From Tubiluchus corallicola (Eukaryota > Animalia > Priapulida), in assembly GCA_030141605.1 (NCBI GenBank), contig JAQGDQ010000408.1, positions 124,001-188,000 of the forward strand: a stretch of 64,000 nucleotides of DNA, in the 5' to 3' direction. The position numbers were made by a program, and so were the translations under genes. Positions 12,201-25,200 of the stretch are shown here, one piece after another (within the stretch, counting starts at the first letter, position 1; each line of letters opens with the position of its first letter). The notes beneath the pieces were generated by a model. That model was not told the origin of the DNA. It was given only the letters and a program-made list of their open reading frames with translations, and did no database searches.

Positions 12201-15200
12201 TTTGAAGCAGGCAAAAGATCAAAAGGTCATTTAAAGCAGGCAAAAGATTGAAAGGTCATTGGAAGCAGGCAAAAGATGAGAAGGTATTTGAAGCAGGCAA
12301 AAGGTTGAAGGTTTTTGGAAACAGGCAAAGGGTGAAAGGCCATTTGAAGCAGACAAAACATTGAAGGGTCATTGGAAGCAGACAAAAGGCTGGAAGGTCA
12401 TTTGAAGAAGACAAAACATTGAAGGGTCATTGGAAGCAGACAAAAGGCTGGAAGGTCATTTGAAGAAGACAAAACATTGAAGGGTCATTGGAAGCAGACA
12501 AAAGGTCGAAATTGTTGCCCGAAAGATGAGGATTTTCAACCAGAATTTACAGACATTTTCTTGAGAGCTTCTTGTCTCATCACCTCTTAAAAAATAAGTT
12601 TTTGTTGTAACTTTGATGCTGAAGCCGCATTTTGTTTTAATACATGATTCTATTGTAAGTTACTTTTTCTTAGACTTTTCTCCTACGTATTCTGAGATTA
12701 AACTCTAAACTAAGTTGTATTTCAGAGGAACACAGTTAGAAAATTCCTCCGCGATTTTGAAGAGTCTTCTTATGAAGAAGCGATGGTCGATAAGGAAGTG
12801 GAAGAGATCAGTTATCACTACACTGAGTATGTAAGTTTTTCTTCTTGTGACGTAAATTGGTTATAAATTCGGTTTGTCAGTATATGGATAGCATGCCACG
12901 TACAATGAGCAGGGGTGTATTTACCAATAGGCTATCTAGACTGTAGCTTAGGTTGTCAATTTTTAGTGGGCCACCCCAATGTTACAAAATTTTTTTTCTT
13001 GGAAAATGTGTATTCTCTCATGTTTATATCAAATGTTTATTTTATAGCATACCATTGGTATTTGCTGAATCCAATTTTATATGTGCTATATAACAAAGAA
13101 CTACTGTTATTACATGAAAGGTACTACACCACAAGCAATTATGCAGTTCCTGCATATATAAGGGCTACGCAAATACACCACAAGTCATTAGATGTTGGTT
13201 TTCAAATATAAACAATCATAAATCCACAATTGAGATGTGTGGGACTGAATTACCAGCCTAGGGTGCCGTAATGTCCTGACACACCCTTCACAAGGAGGTG
13301 ATATCCATGTTAGCTTATTAGTTAAGGTCAATACATATTTCTTCTAGGTGGAGGAACCGTCAGGAGTATCCCATAAGATGACAATGCCCAGTATATGTGC
13401 ATGCGTAGACACTTATTTATGTACAGCTCGTGTCACCACTTTGTTCGAACCATTGCTTTCGTTTTAGCTCAGATGATATTCATTTTTCTCCTAGATTTTT
13501 TAAAAAAATTTTACGATATTATTCAGCTCTGGATCTAAATTAGCCAGTGGCAAAATCTTGTTGAACAACCAAGGGTCACATCAGCTGGACAAGTACGCTT
13601 TCTCCAATGCTTTAGTTCTCTCAGGTATGTAGAAAACATTCACTAGTATTAAAACTGAACACAAGTTTGTACGGTATGCAAAAATTTGAAGACCATATAA
13701 TATTTCAAGTAAGTCACATTTGTTGCATGTTTTGTTTTATTCGCTTTCACTTTTAGAGTTGCTTACAACCTATAGCTATATACTTGTGATTCTTTTTAAT
13801 TAGGCCTACTATTTATCATATGTGTGCTTGCATAGCAAAATCGTCCATAAGTCGGCAGTTAAGCTTTTCTAGTTATTCACATATCCTCAATCTCCATTTC
13901 ATGAGGATCATTTTGATGCCAATCTCATCACTCTATGTTATTTCTAAGCTGAGATAATCTACATTGAAGTTTGTGTACAGTAAGTTCGTACAGTGCAGGA
14001 ACAATAAAATGTTATACTACACAATACTTGATGACCTTGTTTGTTTGTCACCATAAAACCCAAACAGTTCCTGTGCTGTTTATTTGCGGTGATTTATTTT
14101 CTTGTGTGTATTTATAGTGAAACTGGCCATTTGGGAAGCTTCGCTCGATCGTTATGTTGAATCCATCAAGTTTGTCACGGAAGACATGAAACTTGGTAGA
14201 AAAATACGAATAGATCACAAAGATATCCTACGCAAAACCGGAGAGCTGTTCGCTCTTAGGTAGATATGATGAAGCCCATAGAAAAGTAACGTGCAAAATG
14301 GGTAGGCTAGGTAGGAAGAAAATATTTGACGTTAATTAACACAGAAGGCATGAATGCGGAACCTAGTGCAGTTAATTAAGTGTGTGAATGGTTTTCTGAC
14401 TTTTGCATGCCGAACAGTGTGCTAATTGTCTTGACAGGTGTGGGTTACACTGAACTGTGTTGTCTCTTGTTTTTGACGTTCTACTATTTTACCTTTATTT
14501 TTTATATATGTGGCTATATGCTATTAGCTTAATCCTCGACCACCGAAAAAGGGCTGCAAAAACACCGCAAACATGTCTGCTCGGTTTTATCATTTTGCCA
14601 TGAAACTGCTAGTACCTGTCCTCTTCTGTGTTTAGTTTATTATCTGTTCATCATTGGCAGATGTCATTTGATCTCGTGCATTACACTTACTTTCATCATA
14701 ATATTAATTATTCCCCCCTGCATCGGTAGTGCCTTTCTCTGTTATTATTATTAAGTAAACAAAGGTAAATATTTTTATAGTGTATGTTAGTTGTCTGTGA
14801 GCCTTACGTTTGACGTTGTCTGGAAAAATGGCCTATGTTAGGCCTTGGAGGCCCAACTAAGTAAAGGAACATAATTTCACTAGGTAGAAACATGCTTTCT
14901 GACGATTTCTTTTTAGAATTTTTCATGTTTAAACTTAATACAGGATACAGCATAGGTGTGAAAAGTATGACGTAAGTTTAGTGACTATCAGAAGCTGTAC
15001 AGTAGTGTTTCTTCCATATTTATGCTCGGGTGCAATTACACCCCATTGCCGGTAATCACGTAACCATGAAATATATCCGGTAGCTGAAGGTTAAGCAGTA
15101 GCGTAATGCGCATCTTCTGTGACGGTTCCCAATAATCGTATGTTGTTGACTTTAGCAAAAGAGCTGTATTGTTACTGAATATTATTTTTTTGTAATTTGG

Positions 15201-16777
15201 TTTAAACTGTATTTATTAGTACACAGAAAATTGGAACAGTACATACATGAACAGATAAAGTGGTATAATGGTACTAAGTGATTGGCTAACAGGTCTATAA
15301 AATACCTATAAAAAGGCCTCTGACGTGAAGACAGTCACAGTATTAAAAATCTTTAAGAAATAGGATATAACTTCATAGATTTGTCGTAAAACAGGAAGTA
15401 AAATGTGTAAGGAAAAAATTGCGAAAATTACAATCTCTCTTTGTAATTTTTCTTTCTTAACATTTTTGTGTGATTAGAGGTCATTCAGCAGTCGATAAAA
15501 TCTTTATAAAATCTATGCATTGATTTTTAATCTCATTGTAAAATCATTTTTTAGTTGTTTTAAAATTTTTAGTGTTACTTGTGATTTATACATTTTGAAA
15601 CCACTACGACTACCATCACTACTACACGTACAGCTACAACGTGCTACTAAGTTGTGTGACTCTGTTTTAGGCATTTGATTAACTTGAGCTCAGACCTGCT
15701 TGATACACCCGACTTTTACTGGGACCGTGAAAATTTAGAGGCAATTTACGACAAGATGTCAATACATCTAAACATCACCAGAAGAACACGGGTTAGTCTT
15801 TTTTTTCATTTTGTTGTCGTATGAAACTGTGTTAACATTGTATTTGTCTGTAAAGCAGCTATGTTTTTGCTTGTCTCCCTCTTCTCTCTCTCTCTCCCTC
15901 CCCCTCTCTCTCTCTCTCTCTCTCTCTTTCTCTGTCATAATAAATAACCAGCATGTTAAACAAGTACTAACAACAATCAACAAATAGTAACAGAATAAAT
16001 GGCAATTTATAGACTCCGTTTTCATCATGTTCAAATTGTTCAGCATCCATGTTTGTTAATTCTTGACGGTGTTTTTTATCTGTAGGTGATGAACGAGAAA
16101 TTAAACCACTGTTGTGAACTTGCTGATCTGCTCAAGGAACATTTGAGTGACAAACGACATGTCAGACTGGAGTGGATAATCATTCTTCTCATTGCGGTCG
16201 AGGTAAATTATATTTGCACATTAGTCAAGGACCTTTAGGAAGACATCTACTGTACGAGTCAAACATTCACTAGTACTTAAATAGTTTTGCTGAGATGTTC
16301 AAAGATTACTTAATAGAAAAAATACAGATGCATATATGAATAAGGTTCTAAATTGATGAATCTTAATCACTTATACCGATTTTTTGCAAAGAAGAAACAT
16401 TAATGGTTTCTTTCTTATTTTCACAACAACAGCTTGCCAAAATAACTTATGCTGCCCTCTGTCGAAGAAATCATGAATCCTGGTGCTCTAGTTTCAGGCG
16501 CTACATCTAGATTTCTTTGCACAGTTGACTAAAGTTTGTACTACTTAAAATTATACTACATTAAGAACTAAGTGCACCTTCTTTGGTTAGATAATTTTGC
16601 CACAACTACCCATATAAAGTAGGTCCTGATGAGTGAGTGCTGGATTCCACCTCACAGAGTGCCAAATGTGTAAAAACATTTTTTGTTTTGCTGTAGTCAT
16701 TGGTAAGAAACTTCTCAATAAACTTGTTAAATTTCCTCTAGGTTGCGATAGAGCTAAGCAAATGGATTCCGCATTGA
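9291..16777 (+). CDS. RMND1: RMND1 (required for meiotic nuclear division 1 homolog; DUF155 family mitochondrial translation factor), ~379 aa, 9 coding exons
   Basis: Phase-consistent GT-AG exons: 9291-9593, 10567-10675, 11562-11674, 12726-12826, 13527-13624, 14118-14259, 15671-15791, 16086-16202, 16742-16777. Motifs [96 protein letters not shown]. The N-terminus is basic and resembles a mitochondrial presequence. Confidence 0.92.
10316..10505. mobile_element. Short foldback element / MITE with nested inverted repeats
   Basis: gactccgtgtgtg/cacacatggagtc, atccgtaatgtg/cacattacggat and gtattca/tgaatac pair concentrically. Confidence 0.6.
11801..12508. repeat. Minisatellite, ~29-bp unit x ~24, in RMND1 intron
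   Basis: Consensus aaggtcatttgaagcaggcaaaagatcaa. A higher-order block recurs at 12011 and 12183 (172 bp), and a 58-bp dimer recurs at the 3' end. Confidence 0.95.
13822..13980 (+). mobile_element. Family A (Sola1-like), truncated copy
   Basis: atat|gtgtgcttgcatagcaaaatcgtcc...ttctagttattcacatatcc...gaggatcattttgat matches copy 1. Confidence 0.75.
14533..15090. mobile_element. piggyBac-type MITE
   Basis: TTAA|tcctcgaccaccg...cggtagctgaagg|TTAA; inverted homologue at 54191-54856. Confidence 0.7.
15883..15932. repeat. (CT)n microsatellite
   Basis: ctctctct tract visible directly. Confidence 0.9.
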
Positions 16778-17231
16778 GAGGGAAACCTGCTCTTTTGTTT
16801 TTCCTGTGATCTGAGCTCATCACTTCCACTAATTGAATGTGATTAGATTTTTTTCTATTTTAAAAGTGTCCATTTGTGTTTTAAAGAATTTTTGTACGGT
16901 AAAAGTGTTAACGACATTGTTGCTAAATGAAGTCATATTTAGTGCTTATGCTAAGTTGGTGCAGTGAATGGTGATGGTATCTTAACTGATGGTGATGTGT
17001 AAATAGTTTAACAGATTAAGTGATTTAAATTTTATAGATGTGCAAAATGCCATTTAAACTTCCATTTCTAAATCTTAGTCACATTCTAGGTTGCACATTA
17101 ATTCTTTGTTTATGTAAATTGCCAATGTACCACTGGTCTTTATGTCCAGTATACTGGTGTGTTCCTTAAGACATATAAGTTGATAAAGTAAAATATGGGC
17201 GCCGATTTGGTACAAATTTTTGTTCCATATA

Positions 17232-17996
17232 CAGTAAGTCCTCTTTTAGCGACGCTAATGCATTCCAGCAAATTGTGACGTTAAGTGAAACATCGTTAAG
17301 CGAATCATCGTTATACGGAACCAAAACTTCGATAGTAACTGTAAAAGAATTCAGATACGTTCCAGAGGTAAAAAGCAACACTGCAGAAATCATAGAAATT
17401 AAACGTTTTATGAGTTGCCTTATGGTTTCTACTGATTAATTTTTTTCTGCTTGTTTGAAACCAACTATCTTTCTTACCAATATGTACCTAGTTAGATGTT
17501 TCTCTTTCATTGAAGTTTAAGTCTAGGCAGCCGTTATACAATGAACACTGCAGAGTGAAAGCCAAGCGCTGCATGAAGCGACCTTGGAAATCTTATCATA
17601 CCAGAGCTCTGTATCATTTACTACATAGTCTGGTTGCTATAGGAACAGGTTGCAGGTAGAACTCTTTTCAAAGTTTGTTCATGGGTCTCGTTTGATAGAA
17701 ACGGCAGTAGTATAGTCGTCAGTCGGGAAGCAAAAACATGTATAGTAATTATACTGTTTAAGTTACTAATGCACTTAAAACAGAATAACGCAATACGCGA
17801 CTATACGCAATACGCGCCATGTTAATGCTTCAAATTAAGTAAAAAACTTGTTGAATGAAAATTGGCTTTCAGCAAAGTAAAAAAATCATCGTTAAAATGA
17901 AACATGCATCGCTAAGCGAAAAAAAGGTTTCAAATGTTCAGCGTCGTTAAAACTAAACGTGGGCTAAACGGGGAGTCATTAAGCGAGTACTTACTG
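17232..17996. mobile_element. Tc1/pogo-type MITE
   Basis: ta|CAGTAAGTCCTC...GAGTACTTACTG|ta. A related, more decayed element lies at ~28663-29234 (aagtcctc...gagggcttactgta). Confidence 0.7.
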
Positions 17997-20900
17997 TATT
18001 GGATTATTTAATATATGTCCATATATTTTAGACATGCTAAGCTTCCATAAGAAATTTAATAAGTCCATTAACAAGGGACCATTACTATTGCTGCCGACAC
18101 ACTCGCAGTAGAGGTTTCATATATCAATAATTTGCATCACCTTTATAACCAAATTAATTAATTCTTATGTTTTTAATGTTTTTTATGTATTTTAATAAAT
18201 TGAACTCAGGTAATGTTAGTTACTGTAAGGTTTTCTTTCCAAACTTTCGATAACGGTTGTGTTTAGTTTAGAATTTGAACTGTAATTGTACTCATTATTA
18301 ATTTTGCCACTTGTGTTCTAATATTATTAGCATAAATCCTCTCCATAGTATTATGTTGTTACATTAATTTTATTGCAATAATGAATGTAGCTAATTTTTT
18401 TAAAAGTTTAGGGTGTTTGTGCATTTTGAATCTTAGAAAAGAATTAGTCGTACATGTTGCGGTAGATTATGTTGTTAGAACCATTTAATTACCAATGAGT
18501 TAAAATTAAAATACGTTCAGCTTAAGCTGTCACAGACTGCTAATTATTGTAGCCAGTCTATGGCATATCTAAATTTGTGATCTGGTTTTTCTCCAGACTT
18601 CGTCTTGGAATGGAGATCCTACTGCAAAACGTACCTCTTGTTTTTAGCTGAAATTTTGCGTATTTAGCCATGTCACCTGTCATTGTAACTATTGTCATGG
18701 CTGTTCTTAGAATTAACAAACTTTGTTACTATTATAATTTTATAGAACGTTTCATTAGCATCAGCATACATTTTCCTGATACATTAACAGAATGGTCACT
18801 CTATAAACAAGTACAAAATTTTTCTTTTTGTTTAGGCTTTTTATCATTGTTGTGATCAACTGATGATATCTATGGAATGTTAACATTTTTGCAGCCCTGG
18901 CGTTGGTTGGTCATACTAAGTTTCAGCCTGTTAGTGTGGAAATTTAACTACTGCTGACTAGTGCCCCCTTTATTATGATATGTCATTTAAATCAGGGTTT
19001 CCCAATACCTTTTGACATGACTTATTAGTATTAAGTATCCTAGTTATTCCTAGATTAGAAAGATTTGGACGAACAGTGTGGAGCTGATTTTTAGCACTTT
19101 TGCTCACGAATATGGAAACGTGGATGCCTCGCCGTTTGTCCAACATACACATCCTGCTGCACATTCATGTTTCGCGTTAATAGAATGCGAACTAACTTAG
19201 TACAGTTTTAATGAGGTGTTTTATTAATTTTATATTTTTATAAAAACTTAGCTAGTGTGTTGAATGAAAATTACACTTCCATAATGTTATTTAATTTTAA
19301 TTTTGGGAAATATAGGTACCATAATTGTAATCATGTTATAAAAAAATTCTAAAGTTATAATAGAAATTATTAACATAGTTGTTGTATTTTTGTGTAAAAG
19401 AATGTCCATTGACAATAATTTATCAAATTCTGTTTTAATTAGTGATTAAATTAAACAATAGAACGTACATACATTACATGAGAAAATTAGAATATTTTAA
19501 AATGCCTTAAGTCTACAAGTGACACATGACTTGCACTGTTTTTCAAAGTAACTTATTAATCATAGTAAAAATCTGCTCATAGTGAAATGTACTAATTATG
19601 ATTTTATTGCAATTTAATTAACGAAAACCTGTGTTTGATCCACCATTTTTATTTCCTTCAAGCATTACATGCAACACAGTTCAAATTATTTATAGATTTA
19701 GTAGTCTAATTATTTGAACATCGGGAACATCGGAAATAATAATAAAGATGATTTTAGTCATGAAGTGAATCCAAGTAACACATTACAACATCAGGGACTT
19801 GCCAGTGTACATGTATGGTAAAGCAGACTCGTTTCATACATGTTTTAGGGGATACCAAGTTGCAAACGATTATGTGTTGGGGATATGATCAGAGAGTAAA
19901 AAGATTTTTGTTAAAAGGTATAATAAATTTTGGCCAGATCTTGTAGCTAACCAAGCACTGAGAAGGATGCGCTAACAGCATTTTATGTGCTAGTGCAACT
20001 TTTGAAGTAAGATGGATATTATTATACAAAGTTTTGTTGTTGGTGCGTTATAGTGTTAATGAGGCAGAAAGCAAAATTTAATGTTTATTTATCCTTTTCA
20101 GAGGATGTATAATAACAATATAAATATAATTGCTAATTATTATAGTAACTCTAATACTAACTACGAACATACAATTAAAATAGTGATAGATTTATTCCGT
20201 GATGAGTTTATTGATGACACAACCGAGATTGATCTTATTTGAATATTGATGAAATCATTTCGCCATTCACTTTATATTTTACATAATAGTAATAGTGGAA
20301 CTGATATTTGATGCTTACATATTACTGTTTTCTGTTTTTGTGCACCAAAGAATAAACATGACCTAAGCTTATCAGGGAACAATGAACACAATGCACGTGT
20401 ACAAATTTGTGTGTCGTGTAAAGGAGGCGTAACAATAAATAGCTTGAGATTTGGCGAACTGCTAGATTTCCCGTATTGGCAATTTGGTAACTTGCTAATT
20501 AGTACTAGTGCGTACGATAAAAATACGTTTATTTCTAAATTTTCTGGGTATTTATTAAGGAAAAGTTTATAACCTTATAAAATATTCGTTCCTTGTTCTG
20601 TTTTTGATCGCTGTTTTCCCCATAAATAGGCTTAAACTTTATTTTTCTATGTAATTATTAAATATTATTATAGTCAGTAGTACTACTACTAGTAGTAGTA
20701 GTTCCAGGATTAATAACTTGAGTACAGTAAGAGCGTAGTAAAAACGTTTATTTTGTTGTCGAATGTTATACAAAGCCTAAGGGAAACGTTAGCTCTAGGA
20801 ACACCAGTGGAAATTCAGAATTTTTCAACTTTCTAATCTAGTGTTGTTTTCATAGGATACTTGATAGGATTGCAGTTTATGTAATAACTGATATTGTATC

Positions 20901-21049
20901 ATTTATCAGAGAATGATAACTGCTATTAATAAGTTTAACGGCACCCAAAGGGATATAACTTATCACATTTCCAAATACAAAAACTGTGTTAATAGTGCTC
21001 AACACTGTACCTAGGATAACATAATTGACTCATTTAAAAAATGATTTAT

Positions 21050-21900
21050 AAAGTGTGCAATGTGAGTAATTGAGAAGTCTCTTGACTCATCCTGTTCAGT
21101 CCCTGATAGTGTAATACTGTAACTGAATGTTTGTTGCTAAGGTAACATTGTGGTTAGATGAAATGGAACTGTTGTTGTTCTCATTTACGAATAAAAATGA
21201 ATTCAATTCCTTCGTTGCCACTGAATCTTAACAATCAGGTACCCGATGGTTATAAGGAAAAGGGTACATGGGTCTGAATTTTGCTACCCTTCTAAACACT
21301 ATTCTTGATATGTAATGTATTCAGGAATAGTAAGGGTCATTTTATGTACTGGGGGTTTTAATGTTAAATGCTTTCCCAACTACAAGAACCTATGCAATAT
21401 GATCATTGTGAACTAATGTTAGAAAACCACATAGTCTGCTAGTCATCAGACTGTTGCAACCAGCTTATTTCAAAGGATTTTGTCACAGTGAAATGGATTC
21501 CTTTAAGAAAGTGTTGACACCCAGTAATATATTTTATAATTTTTGTCATTTTGAATGCCCTAGAAGTGCCACTCAATAGACACCATAAGAAATAGGGTTT
21601 CCCAGAAGTGTGAAAAATGTTTGTTTTGCTTTTGATATTCAGCAAATTTATTAATCTAGAGCATGTACGTGTATATCTAAAAATGTTTGGACGCAAAAAT
21701 TTTAATATTAGGACGTGAGACCAAGTTTTGTTCCAGGCATGCCACTATTTGCAAACATAAGTTCGTTATCAGCATTCATTATATGGGTTCACCATTGAAT
21801 AAGTAGAAAATGACATTGTTAGTAAATGTTTTAATGAACAATGGAGTTAAGTGACCATTCACATTCTGCTTGCATGTGAACATACTTGGCATAATTCCAG
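21050..21900 (+). mobile_element. Heavily decayed LINE endonuclease-region remnant (tentative)
   Basis: gtactgggggttttaatgtt resembles an LGDFN motif, followed by PTTR..DH-like residues; many stops. Confidence 0.3.
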
Positions 21901-22287
21901 ACTACCATTATTTTCGATTTCAAAGATGATACTTGATTATTAATATTTAATAGACTAGTTCGTCAGATACATGGCGTTTGTTCCTTACGGCTTAAGCTGT
22001 AAAGTGCTACTCATGACAGCATTTAAAAACTACTTTTTTTATTACAGACACCAGTTACTGTAGACTTTCATTATGGCTTCATACATATATTGCTTTTTAG
22101 CCACTTACTTGGTTTTTTAATTCGCTGTACTAGTGATTTCTTCGACACTAGTTTGATCTAATCATTATTAATTATATACAATGTGTTATAAGTTTTACAG
22201 GAGGACAAACTGTGGTGAAAATTCAAGTCTGGTAAAATCAGTAACGTGTTCTCGTGAACAGTAAGTTTTACAGGCAGTGGTACCAAG

Positions 22288-25200
22288 ATGTCTGAAAGAA
22301 AAGTACTCAACGTGAGTAACTACAGTTTTGATTTAGTTTCCTCACTACAAATCACCCAATGAACTTCATTCTGCCATTTAAAGTCCTAAATACTTAAAGC
22401 ATTTGTGAAATATTGTTTGGTGTCATTTCTTGATAATGTTATCTGACCCCTTATATGTGTCCTTATCATGCAAATTGCGAATGTAAAAATTATACATTGA
22501 CAATTAGTCAATGCTTGCTTTTTGAGAGACCCTATCACACCCTTCCAGAAATGCCTTTTACTGTGCTCCCCACTTCCAAAATCATTCTCACAAAATGCTT
22601 AGTTCCTAGTAATTTTCTGAGCTGCCGATCTGACAAACAAAATTCACTGTTTGGAAAGCAAATGTGTAAAAGCCCTAACTAGTAAATCTCTTTGTAAACA
22701 AATACAGTGGGTGCCTCTTAATAGACTCACTTTGGGACCGAAATGTTTTGACCCAATTGACCGACTGAACCTGTTAACTGATGGGTGTAGTATTACTGGT
22801 ATAGAAGTTTGAGTCAGCAGTTTCGTATGCACTGCTAAGAGTTTTAATGAATTTTAGAAACAAAGTAATTCCAAAATTCCTTTGTGCATTTCAAAATTTT
22901 TGGAGAAAAAGTTCTTTGGGAAATTTGCTGCTGTACACCTCTGTCCCATCTTTTGAAGTTTATTGTACTGCTCTAAAATTTTCATTTTCTCCTTAACTGT
23001 TAGGTCTTTACACTTATGCTCTATTTTTCAAACTTCTTAATTCTATGCTCTTAACTGCCGTGTGATGTTTACTCTTGTAAGACACAAGAAATACCGGCTG
23101 ATTACTGTACCTGCATCTTTGACTGTTAACTGATTAAGCCTGAAAGCATAGAATGAGAGCTTCAAAAGGAGCGCGCTATACAAGCGATTAAATGTTTAGC
23201 TTCCAGAAATTCTTGGGTAACTTTCAAAGCAAAACTGCTAAGCTAGCATTAATTAGCGCATGATAAATGTACCTGCTTACAAACAAAATGGTACTTAACC
23301 TGAGCTTGTTTCTACATATATTATAGTGCACAAAAGTGAAGTAAAGATAGTGAAATAAAAGTAGGAAAGGCTCTTTGAGCACATACACATGTCTTATTTT
23401 AAGTATGTGAAGGAAAATTATTACGCGGAGTTATGTGAGTCACTTACAGAGAGTTTTTGAGTACATTTGAATACAGGCGTCCCATATTAGGCCTTTTTGA
23501 GTCCAACTAAGCTGTTGAGTCTATTTAGCATAAGTCTATTAAGTGGCGCCTACTGTAAAATAAATTGGAAAATAAAATGTAGTATTTGTATTAATTTATA
23601 AACTTTCTTTGTGGCATTTTTCCTGGTCTTTTAGAGGAATGCAAAAGAAAAGCTCTTCCTTTTTAGCTCAGAAAATTAACATGGTAAATTTCCTGACTTT
23701 TCAAACGATAAATGTTTTCATTTAGTATTTTAGGAACAGAGAGACGATTAATTTTTGACCAGTTTGAATAACTTGTATCTTGCACTTTCAGAAATACTAT
23801 CCTCCGGATTTCGATCCGACGAGACTACCGAAGTTGAAGCTAGCGAAAGATCGGCAATATGTTATTCGCACGATGGCACCATTCAACATGCGGTGAGTAT
23901 CCCCCGTAGTACGTAGTATCTCGTACTCTGTGTCTCTATATAAATTTAATAGCTGCAATTTTGATTAGCCAAAGTTTCTAATGTCTGGTTTTCTGACATA
24001 CCGAGCATAGTGTGTATATTTCTTTTTACATGTAAATCAGTTGGCTCTAAAACACGAAAATTTATTCAATTGGAGGTAGAATGTTTCTTATTATGTGGAG
24101 GACACCGAGTATCTTATTTGAACGAATGCTTCGCCTTTATTGAAGCGTGGTGCAAAGTTATGATTGGTGTACACTTTGAAGTGTTCTGTACATGTGAACA
24201 GAGCGAATCATGTGAATGAGCAGAAGCAGAAACAACAACAGAGCATTGATGAAAGTAAAAATACATACTAAGTTCGTCTGTTTTGTTTTGCCTGCTAATT
24301 ACGTTGATTTGAAAACAACTTGAAATACACTCATATCTCGGTTTGCTGGACCTCGTTTTTATGGATATCGGAAGAATCGGACAAAATCTGGACCGCTAAA
24401 AGTCCTGCATACTATGGACACAGTCCATTGTTTCGCGAACTGACTGCTAGTTGGCGGGCCGTCACTTTGTTTACGTCATTACATTAGTGTTATAACCACA
24501 TGTATATCTCTCTATATAAAAATATAGAATCAATTATGCGGAGTTATTTGAGTCATTTGCCAACAGTTTTTCTATACTCTTGCATAGGAGCATCCCGTGC
24601 TAGACATTTTTGAGACAATTAGGCGATTAATCCTACATTACCGTGAATCTAATACACAGCGCCTACTGTATTAGCTTAGTATGGGTAAAAACGGACAATC
24701 AACAAATTTGGACCGACGTCTCCCCGCTTTTGTCCAGCAAACCGAGATGAGTGTAATTTAAAAAAGCAACAGATATTTGAAACAAGACTTACATATAAAT
24801 CGAAACACGTAGAGCAAAATGTCCTTCCAAAATGAGTGTAAATTCATGAACAGGTTTTTGTAAGGTCATTTTCTGATTAACTGCAACACTGTGAGTCATT
24901 GATAGCTAACGATCGTTTTCATTTAGTTGCAAGACGTGCGGAGAGTACATCTACAAGGGGAAGAAGTTTAATGCCAGAAAGGAAACTGTACAGAATGAAG
25001 ACTACCTCGGTCTCCGAATATTCAGATTCTACATAAAATGTCCACGCTGCTTAGCTGAGATAACTTTCAAGGTATTTGTTATACTAATTAATCTTCTTTA
25101 TTGAAACATTTAACATGTATTTAAATGTGAATTTTTTGTGTAAAAATAAAAATTGAGCACTGATATGTACGTGATACAAAACACGCTACAATCAATCAGT

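Noticed and set aside
11801-12508. 29-bp repeats and the 62-aa ORF 12055-12243 as a CRISPR array or repeat protein
   Set aside because: There are no spacers, and the ORF is a by-product of an intronic minisatellite.
17656-17715. Alternative RMND1 last exon (VELFSKF...)
   Set aside because: It lies inside a MITE; 16742-16777 ([11 protein letters not shown]) has a better acceptor and fits the family C-terminus.
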